In this document: piece by piece, positions 17,819-26,660 of the stretch
Layout: every line of letters starts with the position of its first letter
How positions within the stretch are numbered: the first letter of the stretch is position 1
Origin: Parcubacteria group bacterium Gr01-1014_8
GTDB taxonomy: Bacteria; Patescibacteriota; Minisyncoccia; Phycocordibacterales; UBA2100
DNA length: 64,000 nucleotides
NCBI GenBank assembly: GCA_007376385.1
Contig: VMGC01000004.1
Coordinates: 71,207-135,206 of the forward strand
Reading direction: 5' to 3'
Program-made: the position numbers and the translations under genes
The notes under the pieces: generated by a model
The model's input: only the letters and a program-made list of their open reading frames with translations
The model's database searches: none
What the model was told of the DNA's origin: nothing

Positions 17819-19327
17819 TCATCCGAGTGATTTTCGATACTTTGCCGCTGCAAGAGCATCGTCAGCGAATTCACTATTACCTTTCCAGAGATGGTAGATG
17901 TTCGATGTGTGGTTTCGATGCAGGAAATGCCGCTGCTTCTCCGGGCCAAGATCTTTTTCCACATACTCTTCAATGAGGGAAATATCTTCCGCGAGTACAT
18001 TAAATCGAGCATCTCCGCCCATAAGCAGTTCTAAGTTTTCCTTATTCAAAAACTTACCCGCGTGGACGAGGTCCTTTTTAAGATTTACATACAACCGCTC
18101 TAATAAGTTCATGATGCCCATCTCACGAGCGATCTTTAGCGCTCTTCCCGTAGCTATCAGCTCTGGCGGAATACCAAGGGAATAGAATGCGCCGGTGAAT
18201 TTAATGGCTCTCGGCAGTTGAATCCCGCCAACACCGCGTGAATATCCGAAGAGTCCGATGTGCTGCGCCCTCTCACGATGACTCGGCAGTGCAGACGCTA
18301 CATCGTTTATGACATCCGCAAGCGGCGTTATTGTGTCAGTAAAAAAACGAGCTGCCCGAGCATTGAACAGAGAGATTTTTTCGCTGTCCTTCTCGTTCAC
18401 TTTTTCATACCTGTCGATATTCTTAGGGATTTCTTTGTTGAGTTTTCGTATGGCTTTTTTCACGTCATCCAGCGGGTAATCCGAGCGAAAGGCTGATTGG
18501 ATCGTCAACGACTGGGCACCTGTATACTGCTCTATGGTTTCGTCAACATATTCCGGGTTTATCCCTCCTCTGAACGGTAAGCTGCCGCCGCCAACCCACG
18601 GATACATGCGTATACCTCGTTTTTCTCCTAGCTCATGTGAATCTGCAATAAGTTTCTTGACTGCGAGCACGGTCGGCAAAAGCCCCGCGTTCATTGCCGG
18701 ATCGGAGCGCGCTATAAAGACGCGAAAGTACTCTGGGACAAGAGCATGAGTGTCTCGCAGATAATCGAGATAATCACTCATGATGCGGGGAGCCTCTTCC
18801 ATGGTCTCAACGCTTTCAAATAGCGGTATAACGTCGAGAAATTTGAATTCGCTTGGCATATCAAAAATACTTTCTGCAGCTTCCGCTATTCTATGGAATC
18901 GCTCCTGCATCTGTTTGAGTTGCTCTGCAGAAGTCGTCATGGGCAAGATGAGTTCAAATATCGGAGGAATATGGAAACCGTATTGCCTCGCGGCATGTTC
19001 GGCCGCAAATACGTTGATAAGGCTCCGCGGAAGCCGGTGTGTTTTCTCGACCCAAACATTTGGAATGCGAAACGTGAGAAATATGTTCTTGCCAATTTGA
19101 TGTTTCTTGAAATAGTCAAAATAGTTTTGGTACAGCCGGTCAATAACCGCCTCATCAACCAACTTTCCTTCCCAATCCCACATGTACTCGTGCACTCCGA
19201 GCTCGGAAAAACATCGGTAGCATTCATCAATTTCCTCACTTGACGCAACAAACCGCTTCCCCGTAAAGGGTGACGGGCATGCGTTATCAGGATGCTGGGT
19301 GGCCATCGTGACGGGGATAGTGCGCAT
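17819..19327 (-). CDS. archaeal-type phosphoenolpyruvate carboxylase (PepcA/atPEPC family)
   Basis: N-terminal IPVTMATQHPDN (TQHPDN signature of atPEPC), ARSDPAMNAG and VGGGSLPFRGG (counterparts of the PEPC GYSDSxKDxG and GRGGxxGRGG motifs); ~500 aa. Confidence 0.72.
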   Translation of the reverse strand: MRTIPVTMATQHPDNACPSPFTGKRFVASSEEIDECYRCFSELGVHEYMWDWEGKLVDEAVIDRLYQNYFDYFKKHQIGKNIFLTFRIPNVWVEKTHRLPRSLINVFAAEHAARQYGFHIPPIFELILPMTTSAEQLKQMQERFHRIAEAAESIFDMPSEFKFLDVIPLFESVETMEEAPRIMSDYLDYLRDTHALVPEYFRVFIARSDPAMNAGLLPTVLAVKKLIADSHELGEKRGIRMYPWVGGGSLPFRGGINPEYVDETIEQYTGAQSLTIQSAFRSDYPLDDVKKAIRKLNKEIPKNIDRYEKVNEKDSEKISLFNARAARFFTDTITPLADVINDVASALPSHRERAQHIGLFGYSRGVGGIQLPRAIKFTGAFYSLGIPPELIATGRALKIAREMGIMNLLERLYVNLKKDLVHAGKFLNKENLELLMGGDARFNVLAEDISLIEEYVEKDLGPEKQRHFLHRNHTSNIYHLWKGNSEFADDALAAAKYRKSLG

Positions 19328-19336
19328 ACAGATCGT

Positions 19337-20398
19337 TTATAGTGCTGATAGCGCCAAAATGACCCCAAGGAACGCAAATACGATGGAGAGTACCCAGTAA
19401 CGCATGGCAACCTTATAGCCCGGCCAACCGATGGCTTCAAAGTGATGATGGAGAGGCGCGACGCGGAATATCTTCTTTCCGAGAAAGTATTTCGAGGTAA
19501 CTTGGAGCACATTTGACCCCACAGTAATAACAAGAAGCCCTCCTATAATGGGAAGAACGGCGACGCCGACTCCTTCGCCCAAGCTATCTGTCATGAATAC
19601 GACAACAGCGAGCGCGAGTGTGAGCGCCATTGTTCCCGTATCGCTCATATAAAAACGCGCAGGCGGGATGTTGAACCACAAAAATGCGAGAAGTCCCCCG
19701 ACCACGGACGCCGTAAATGCTGCGAGGTCTATCTGATTTTGCGCAAAAGCGATGACCGAATACGCCGCAAACACAGACATAAAAACACCGCCCGAGAGTC
19801 CGTCAATGCCATCAATGACCCCCGAGGCAAACAGAGCGAGGGAAAGCAGAACGAAAAAAGGAATAACAAGCCAGCCGATCTCGAGTGGTGAAGAGAAAGG
19901 AATATTTATCGTGTGAACATCAAGTTTTGCAAAAAACCATACGCCTATCATGGTCGACATGATGAGTACGACAACAAGTCGCACATTGAGAGGCAGCCCA
20001 TCGCCAGACGGGCGTATGACAAGCACATCGTCGATGAATCCGGCGATACCGCCTATAACGAGCGCCGCGAGAGGTATCCACGTTTGATTTCGACTTAAGA
20101 AATTGAGACTCGTTGTCACCGAGTCTTGAAAAAGACCTGCGAGACCAGCAAGACCAAGTATGGTAATAACGACGCTCCCCCACACGACGAGCCCGCCCAT
20201 GCGCGGCGCTCTCTGTTCGTGGGCTTCGTGAAGCCTATTGAACTCAGATGCGACATTGCCATCAAGACCATTTTTCCCGGGTTTTTTTTTCCACATCCTG
20301 TGCTTGTAGAGATAGTGTGTCAGGATAGGTGTAATTGCCATCCCAACAACGAAGGTGGCGGCAGCCGGAACAAGAATGCGTACCGTATCGGACAACAT
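19337..20398 (-). CDS. mraY: phospho-N-acetylmuramoyl-pentapeptide transferase
   Basis: GFIDDVLVIRPS (DDxxD), PLHHHFEAIGW, 10-TM profile. Confidence 0.92.
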   Translation of the reverse strand: MLSDTVRILVPAAATFVVGMAITPILTHYLYKHRMWKKKPGKNGLDGNVASEFNRLHEAHEQRAPRMGGLVVWGSVVITILGLAGLAGLFQDSVTTSLNFLSRNQTWIPLAALVIGGIAGFIDDVLVIRPSGDGLPLNVRLVVVLIMSTMIGVWFFAKLDVHTINIPFSSPLEIGWLVIPFFVLLSLALFASGVIDGIDGLSGGVFMSVFAAYSVIAFAQNQIDLAAFTASVVGGLLAFLWFNIPPARFYMSDTGTMALTLALAVVVFMTDSLGEGVGVAVLPIIGGLLVITVGSNVLQVTSKYFLGKKIFRVAPLHHHFEAIGWPGYKVAMRYWVLSIVFAFLGVILALSAL

Positions 20399-20418
20399 AT
20401 TTTCATTGTACCTCGCTG

Positions 20419-21393
20419 CTACAAGCTTTGCGCGATGGCTTTCGTGGCCCGGTCAACGAGACTGCGCATATCCTTAAATCGACCATCGTAGGATGAGCCA
20501 AGCACCACAACAACAACGGGGTGACCCGGTCCCACCTCAAACACGACCACAACATTACCGCCTGCCAGATCCGTGTACCCTGTCTTGCCGAGCACCAGCC
20601 CAGGAATATCCGGCAGAGCGTCATTCGTGTTAATAGTGGCGCTCGGACTGCCATTGAGCGGCCCAAGATCAGCATTCGGGTCGCTTGTCCCGGAAAATAG
20701 GTCCTGATCCACGGCCACAGCATGAGCAAAAAGTGTTGCGACATCTCGTGCTGAACCCATAGCGCCTGGCTGTGTCGTACCGATGTCCAGTCCGCTTGGA
20801 TTAGCAAAGTATGTTTTTGCGAGGCCAAGTTCCTGAGCAAGTTTGTTCATCCTCCATACGGCGGTATTAGTATCCGGAGCGTCTGGATATTTTGCACGAA
20901 GCAGCGGCTCAGCGGCCTCCGCCAGGGCCTCTGCGCCCGCGTTCGATGAGCGTATAAGTGTAAAATCCACGAGGTCGCGAACTCTCCAGCTATCGCCCGT
21001 GCCGAGTCCGCCGCCCTCTCCTTTTTCCACTGCGTCTCGCGATATCGTAACCGTATCAAATGGCTGCAAGACTTCGGAAACTACAAGCATGAGGGGCACT
21101 TTCGTCAAAGACGCAAGCGGTAGCTGTGTCTCAGCATTTTTTTCGAAAAGCACGGCACGTTCATGCATGTCGTATACAAGAGCCGCCTTGGCCTCGAGCG
21201 AAACATCGCGAAATAGAGCGTGTGGCATCGCAACAGCTGCAGTTTGGTCAATACGAGTCTCTGAGGATCCAATTGACTGCATACCAACCAATATCACAAT
21301 GGTAGCCGTCAAAAAAAGAGATATGCTGGCAAGCCATTTCTCACGAGCTATTTCCATCGTTTTGCGAATGAGCGTTTTCATTGAAAATTTCAT
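20419..21393 (-). CDS. serine-type D-Ala-D-Ala carboxypeptidase (S11 family, PBP5/DacA-like)
   Basis: ASLTK (SxxK), SSN (SxN), KTGYT (KTG) motifs in the correct order and spacing. Confidence 0.8.
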   Translation of the reverse strand: MKFSMKTLIRKTMEIAREKWLASISLFLTATIVILVGMQSIGSSETRIDQTAAVAMPHALFRDVSLEAKAALVYDMHERAVLFEKNAETQLPLASLTKVPLMLVVSEVLQPFDTVTISRDAVEKGEGGGLGTGDSWRVRDLVDFTLIRSSNAGAEALAEAAEPLLRAKYPDAPDTNTAVWRMNKLAQELGLAKTYFANPSGLDIGTTQPGAMGSARDVATLFAHAVAVDQDLFSGTSDPNADLGPLNGSPSATINTNDALPDIPGLVLGKTGYTDLAGGNVVVVFEVGPGHPVVVVVLGSSYDGRFKDMRSLVDRATKAIAQSL

Positions 21394-21967
21394 TCTTGCT
21401 CTTAAAAGCCTTTAGTTCGCGAGCGATTGTATCATAGTCGGGTAATTTTTCCGTGTTTGCTACACCGAGATGGGCAAGAAGCTCGACTGTCGGCCGATAC
21501 AGGTATTCTCTGCCGTCCTCGGGATTTCCTGCTCGTTCGGCAAGGCCCCGCGAAAGCAGCGTTCGGAGTGTTGACGAAGAATTCACGCCTCGAATGTAAT
21601 CAATGTCGGCTCGGGTGGACGGACCGTCGTATAAAAGGATCGTCAATACTTCGAGCCCCGCATCGCCTATTTCTCGTTCCTGCTCTTTCAGCTGGGCAGC
21701 AGCTACGGTGTCACGTATGCCGGCAGAAACGGCCAGCGCGACTTCTTTGTCAGTCCTGACGACAGTGAGCGGCGTATTCTTGAGCGTCTGTTCAAGTACG
21801 TTCAATGCACCAAGAAGCTCAGCCTGATCGCAGTCTAAGAATTGTGCCAATTTCTTCAGCGTCAGGGAATCGCCTTCTGCAAACAATAGTGCGTGAATTT
21901 TAGAAGCAAGGTCCATATGTTCAATATTTTGGCGCGCCAAGAGCTTCGGTTTCGAGAAGAATATCAC
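21341..21967 (-). CDS. scpB: segregation and condensation protein B
   Basis: IHALLFAEGDSLTLKKLAQ...winged-helix repeats typical of ScpB; operon with scpA. Confidence 0.85.
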   Translation of the reverse strand: MIFFSKPKLLARQNIEHMDLASKIHALLFAEGDSLTLKKLAQFLDCDQAELLGALNVLEQTLKNTPLTVVRTDKEVALAVSAGIRDTVAAAQLKEQEREIGDAGLEVLTILLYDGPSTRADIDYIRGVNSSSTLRTLLSRGLAERAGNPEDGREYLYRPTVELLAHLGVANTEKLPDYDTIARELKAFKSKNEIFNENAHSQNDGNSS

Positions 21968-22697
21968 TAAAAAGCTTCTCCTGCGTTGCGCTAATGCTGC
22001 CGCTGCGTATTAGTTCCAAGACCGCGAGAAAATGGACTATCATTTCGTGCCTTCCGGATGCCTTGGTTAATTCGCTCCACTTTGTGCGGATAGAGGATGC
22101 CAAACGGCGTCGCAGAGTCCCGATGACCTCTTCGAGTTGGAGAATGGGGACGACAGTCGCTTCTGCCAGGCGTTCGGGTTTTGGAAGAGTATTTACCAGT
22201 CTTTTTGCGGCGCCGAGCAGCATGGCAAGCGTCGTTTCTCCAGGATTGAAGGCCACCGCACGTCCTCCCGTATGCTCCGGCGTAGGCTGTCGTTTTGCGA
22301 ATTGCAGAGGCTTTTTCCTCCATATCTGCCGCAATGACTTTGACGACTTTCGTACCAACGCATACGCGGCAAGTCTCCTTTCCAATTCTCCGATGCTTTG
22401 CGATTCCTCTTCGGACAAATCGACCGACGGAAGCAATGTTCTGGACTTGATAAGCAGCAGAGTGGATGCAATGAGTATGAACTGCGCGGTCTCCGCGAGA
22501 GGCAATTGCGGCAAACTCTCAACGTATGCGAGGTATGCGTCGGTTACTTCCGCAAGAGAAACTTCGGATATCGAAAGCTTTCTCTCTTCTATCAAGCTAA
22601 GAAGAGCATCAAGCGGTCCAGAATATGTATGTGTAGCTACGGCAAAGGCGCTCATGCCCGCCACTCGAAATGGCATCGCAAGAGAGAACATTGCCAT
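21921..22697 (-). CDS. scpA: segregation and condensation protein A (kleisin)
   Basis: GPLDALLSLIEERKLSISEVSLAEVTDAYLAYV N-terminal ScpA signature; overlaps scpB start. Confidence 0.85.
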   Translation of the reverse strand: MAMFSLAMPFRVAGMSAFAVATHTYSGPLDALLSLIEERKLSISEVSLAEVTDAYLAYVESLPQLPLAETAQFILIASTLLLIKSRTLLPSVDLSEEESQSIGELERRLAAYALVRKSSKSLRQIWRKKPLQFAKRQPTPEHTGGRAVAFNPGETTLAMLLGAAKRLVNTLPKPERLAEATVVPILQLEEVIGTLRRRLASSIRTKWSELTKASGRHEMIVHFLAVLELIRSGSISATQEKLFSDILLETEALGAPKY

Positions 22698-22786
22698 TTA
22701 TTACGTCCTGCTGATAATTGCTCGATCATATATTTGTTCTGTATTTTATATCTGCTAAATTCCAAATGCCATTTCGCATGCTCGGA

Positions 22787-24181
22787 TTACACTTTCTTCT
22801 TTTTTATCTCAATGCCCAGTTCATTCAGCTGTTTGCCCTGAAGCGGCTTAGGTGCGTTCATAACTGCGGTTTGGCCGCCCCTCGTCATCGGGAATGCCTG
22901 CACCTCGCGAAGATAGCTCTCCCCCGTCAGGTTCATCAGAACGCGTTCAATGCCGATTGCGATGCCTCCGTGCGGCGGGGCGCCATAGGTAAAGGCTTTC
23001 AACATGTGCCCGATGCTATCTTCGATGCGTTCATCGCTGTAGCCCATTGTCTTATACACAGCACGTAATATGCCTGGTCTATGGGCGCGAATAGAACCCC
23101 CAGCGGTCTCGAAGCCGTTACAAACAAGATCATATTGCGCTGTCAAAATGTGTTCGATATTGCGGCCGTGCAACAGGTCATCCGCATGCTCTGGAAGCGG
23201 CGCAGAAAATGGATTGTGAGTGAACGTCCAACCGCCCTCAGGCGTTTTCTCAAAGAACGGGAATTTGTGGACCCACGCATACGCAAGAACCCCGGTTTTC
23301 TTCTCATCGTCTGTTCGAAGGTCGAATTTATCAGCGCCGAATTTTTCCATTGCTTCAGCATAGGTAAATCGCGGAAATGGTTTTTCACGAACTTTAAACC
23401 CGAGCTTTTCCACCGTCTCAGTCATCATGTCCTCCACGATGGCCATCACATCTTCTTGTTCGACGAATGACATCTCTATATCGATCTGCGAGTGTTCAAA
23501 GCCCCGGTCAGCCCGCAGGTCTTCATCGCGGACGGCGCGCGCAATCTGAAAATATCGCTCCATGCCTGCAACCATCAGAAGCTGCTTGTACTGCTGTGGG
23601 GACTGCGGAAGAGCATAAAATGAGCCTGGATGGAGCCGCGATGGAACGACAAAATCCCTCGAACCTTCCGGTGTTGACTCTGTGAGGAGAGGTGTTTCAA
23701 TTTCGGTGAATTTCTTTGCAAATAAATACTCTCTGCACGCTCTGACAAATTCGCTCCGCAATCGAATATTCTTTTGCATTCGTTCACTTCGAAGATCTAA
23801 ATAGCGGTACTGCAATCGAGTTTTCTCATCGACCATTGAGGTATCTTCAGTAATTTCAAATGGCGGCACATCGGATGCACCGAGAACATCGAGTGATCCA
23901 ACTGATACTTCTATATCGCCGTTCTCTACCCCGACGGTTATATTTTTTCCAGGTCGTTTGTTAACAGTGCCCATGATGGAGATAGCCGACTCGCGTGTCG
24001 TCGTCTTAGCGACTTCAAGAGCAGGACTTTTGGTCAAGACAACGGTTTGGACCGATCCGGTCATGTCTCGCACGTCAAAAAAGACCATTTTACCTTGGTC
24101 TCTCCGTACTGATATCCAGCCGCGTATGCAAACGCTTTCCCCGACATGATCTTTAAGATCTTTAATGTAGGTACGTTCCAT
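22787..24181 (-). CDS. aspS: aspartyl-tRNA synthetase, compact form lacking the large bacterial insertion domain (start at MERTYIKDL)
   Basis: N-terminal OB fold, QSPQQYKQLLMVAGMERYFQIARAVRDEDLRADR (class II motif 2 region), GFETAGGSIRAH motif 3. Confidence 0.9.
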   Translation of the reverse strand: MERTYIKDLKDHVGESVCIRGWISVRRDQGKMVFFDVRDMTGSVQTVVLTKSPALEVAKTTTRESAISIMGTVNKRPGKNITVGVENGDIEVSVGSLDVLGASDVPPFEITEDTSMVDEKTRLQYRYLDLRSERMQKNIRLRSEFVRACREYLFAKKFTEIETPLLTESTPEGSRDFVVPSRLHPGSFYALPQSPQQYKQLLMVAGMERYFQIARAVRDEDLRADRGFEHSQIDIEMSFVEQEDVMAIVEDMMTETVEKLGFKVREKPFPRFTYAEAMEKFGADKFDLRTDDEKKTGVLAYAWVHKFPFFEKTPEGGWTFTHNPFSAPLPEHADDLLHGRNIEHILTAQYDLVCNGFETAGGSIRAHRPGILRAVYKTMGYSDERIEDSIGHMLKAFTYGAPPHGGIAIGIERVLMNLTGESYLREVQAFPMTRGGQTAVMNAPKPLQGKQLNELGIEIKKKKV

Positions 24182-24185
24182 AGTG

Positions 24186-25121
24186 CTAGATCGAAACTCC
24201 AATCTTTTCACGAACGTCATACATCTTCTTGGATGCATATTCTCGCGCGTTCGCGCTCCCCTTTTCAAGTATTGTTGCTACATCTGAATCGCTGATCGAT
24301 GCATATTTCTCTCTCATCGGTTTTACAACGGCATCAATGTCCTCGATAAGCGCCTCTTTCAGGACCTTGTATTTTCCTTTATGTGCGCTATAGAGCGACT
24401 CAAGTTCTGCCTCAGCGCGAAAATGCCGGTGTACTTGGTACACATTCTCAGGTCTTTCTCCGGATGAGTCAGTGACAATGGACATCACCGCTTTTACGAG
24501 AACATCCTTTGGCTCAAAGAGAGGTATCGTATTTCCATAGCTCTTGCTCATTTTCTTGCCATCCGTGCCTGGAACGATAGCGACAGAATCCAATATCTTT
24601 GCTTGCGGTTCTTTAAATGTTTGGCCGAACGCAATGTTGAATTTCGACGCCGCTTCACGCGCGTACTCGAGATGCTGCCGCTGGTCAGCGCCCACTGGTA
24701 CAACATCGGTATCGTACAGCAAAATATCTGCGGCCATAAGCATCGGATAGTTAAAAAGTCCCACGTTCGCTTCGAGTCCTTTCGCAAGTTTGTCCTTGTA
24801 CGCATGCGACAGTTCGAGGAAAGGAACAGTGACAAGACATTCAAATATCCACGCGAGTTCTGTGTGCTCCTGGACACGCGACTGCTGGAATATGACCGCT
24901 TTATTGGGGTCAATACCGGCTGCAACGTAACTCTTGACGATATCGCGTATGTTGCTCCGAAGTTCATCCTTCTGGCGCAGAGTAGTAAGCGCGTGATAAT
25001 CAGCAACCATCAAAAAGCTTTCGAAGCTGAAATAGAGTTCGGAAAACGGCTTTAATGCGCCCAAGTAATTCCCAATATGCAATACACCAGAAGGCTGGAG
25101 TCCCGTCAAAAGTCGCTGCAC
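24186..25121 (-). CDS. trpS: tryptophanyl-tRNA synthetase
   Basis: TGLQPSGVLHIGNYLGA (HIGH region), KKMSKSYGN (KMSKS). Confidence 0.92.
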   Translation of the reverse strand: MQRLLTGLQPSGVLHIGNYLGALKPFSELYFSFESFLMVADYHALTTLRQKDELRSNIRDIVKSYVAAGIDPNKAVIFQQSRVQEHTELAWIFECLVTVPFLELSHAYKDKLAKGLEANVGLFNYPMLMAADILLYDTDVVPVGADQRQHLEYAREAASKFNIAFGQTFKEPQAKILDSVAIVPGTDGKKMSKSYGNTIPLFEPKDVLVKAVMSIVTDSSGERPENVYQVHRHFRAEAELESLYSAHKGKYKVLKEALIEDIDAVVKPMREKYASISDSDVATILEKGSANAREYASKKMYDVREKIGVSI

Positions 25122-25164
25122 CCCGCCACTATATCAGAAAACCAAGCCCAAAACACGCACTTTT

Positions 25165-26652
25165 TTACACGCCTGTCGGCAATTCAACGATGAACATAGA
25201 TCCCTTTCCCCTTCCTTCTGATTCAGCCCATATCTTTCCCTTATGCGCGTCAGCGATCTGCTTCGCAATGTAGAGGCCATAGCCAGTGGAATCAACATTG
25301 ACCTTCAGCGAATCTTTGCCCTTCCCCCCTTCTGTGAACAGCATTTTTTTATCATCTGCTGTCAGCCCAACGCCCGTATCTTTCACCATAAATCGCGCCC
25401 AGTTGCGTTTGCGCTCGAGCGACACATGTACCGATCCTTTTGGCGAATATTTTATCGCATTATCAATAAGATTTCTTATCAAGTGTTCAGCGACCTTCTT
25501 CTTGTCTCCAACAATGTTGCACTCATTTGCGGGAAGTGAGGCTTCTATCCTCACGCTCCTGTCTTCAGCCACTTTTGCCAGCGCCGCTAACTCTTCGCGA
25601 ACGGTCGCTGCTAAGTCAAACGTGCCCATAGTGTAGTCAACAGTCCCCTTCTGCATGTCTGAGGCAGAAAGTATCTCCATCACCGTTGCGACACCTTTGC
25701 GGGTATCTATCAGTTCCGCTCCAGCGGCGGCTCGAAGTGTATCCGTAACGTCTCCGAAATCTCCCTCCAGTATTCCAGCGAATGCCGCCTCGCTCTTCGT
25801 AAGGTATCCCTTAACTTCATGGCTGATGAAATGCAGGAGACTTTCTTGTTGCTTGTTCGCCGCTTCGAGAGCGAGTGAGAGTTTCGCAAGCATCACTGCG
25901 CGCCGGTCCCAGATAAATATCAGGGTGATGGACAAAATTGCTATGATGAGAGTAAGTACACCGATGAAAATCAGGAACGGATAGAGTGTCTGTCTTGTGA
26001 CTGTGAAAAAGTCACCAGCTTTTATGTCCGTTGCCAGGATTGCGACCACCCTCCCCTCTGAATCAGTAATAGGAGCATAGCCGGTCAGTACTTGTCCGTA
26101 TGAATCTTCATATAGCTCCGCAGCTGTAAGCGGTCCGTTATACGCTTCGTATGCTTCCGGGATATCGACTGCCTCGGGATAATCCTGACCGGGCCACTGA
26201 AGTTTATCCGCGCCATCCGCTTCCACCAGACCGTCACCGTTCGCGTCAACATCGTTACGTGGATTGTCATCAGTATTCGCGTACGGATTTATGGACTCTG
26301 CGTCGGCCACGAATTCCATCTGCAACGGGTCAGAGCTTTTCTTGCGGAAAATGTACATGAACACGATGCTCTCGTTCTGATCCTTGGCTTTTTTAAGATC
26401 CGATACCACTTCCCTCCATTCTGGCTTTACCCAATCCTCCTCGATCTGTAATTCCTGGAGCGCTTTGGCATCTATGTTGGCGGCCTGCGTGATCGAGATA
26501 GAAAGCAATCTTTCGCGTAGATTTTCCGTCAGCAAACTGATGGTTTGCGTATACAGGATCCACGCTGCTCCTACGGCGAGTCCAACAGCCACAGCTGCAA
26601 CGACGCCGCCTCCTACTACAAGCGCACGCAATTTTGTAGTTCTCGATTCCAT
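25165..26652 (-). CDS. sensor histidine kinase (two TM helices, periplasmic/extracytoplasmic sensor domain, HisKA + HATPase_c); no cognate response regulator in window
   Basis: HFISHEVKGYL (H-box), VEHLIRNLIDNAIKYS (N-box), DTGVGL / GTGYGLYIAKQI (G-boxes). Confidence 0.85.
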   Translation of the reverse strand: MESRTTKLRALVVGGGVVAAVAVGLAVGAAWILYTQTISLLTENLRERLLSISITQAANIDAKALQELQIEEDWVKPEWREVVSDLKKAKDQNESIVFMYIFRKKSSDPLQMEFVADAESINPYANTDDNPRNDVDANGDGLVEADGADKLQWPGQDYPEAVDIPEAYEAYNGPLTAAELYEDSYGQVLTGYAPITDSEGRVVAILATDIKAGDFFTVTRQTLYPFLIFIGVLTLIIAILSITLIFIWDRRAVMLAKLSLALEAANKQQESLLHFISHEVKGYLTKSEAAFAGILEGDFGDVTDTLRAAAGAELIDTRKGVATVMEILSASDMQKGTVDYTMGTFDLAATVREELAALAKVAEDRSVRIEASLPANECNIVGDKKKVAEHLIRNLIDNAIKYSPKGSVHVSLERKRNWARFMVKDTGVGLTADDKKMLFTEGGKGKDSLKVNVDSTGYGLYIAKQIADAHKGKIWAESEGRGKGSMFIVELPTGV

Positions 26653-26660
26653 ATAGCGTC

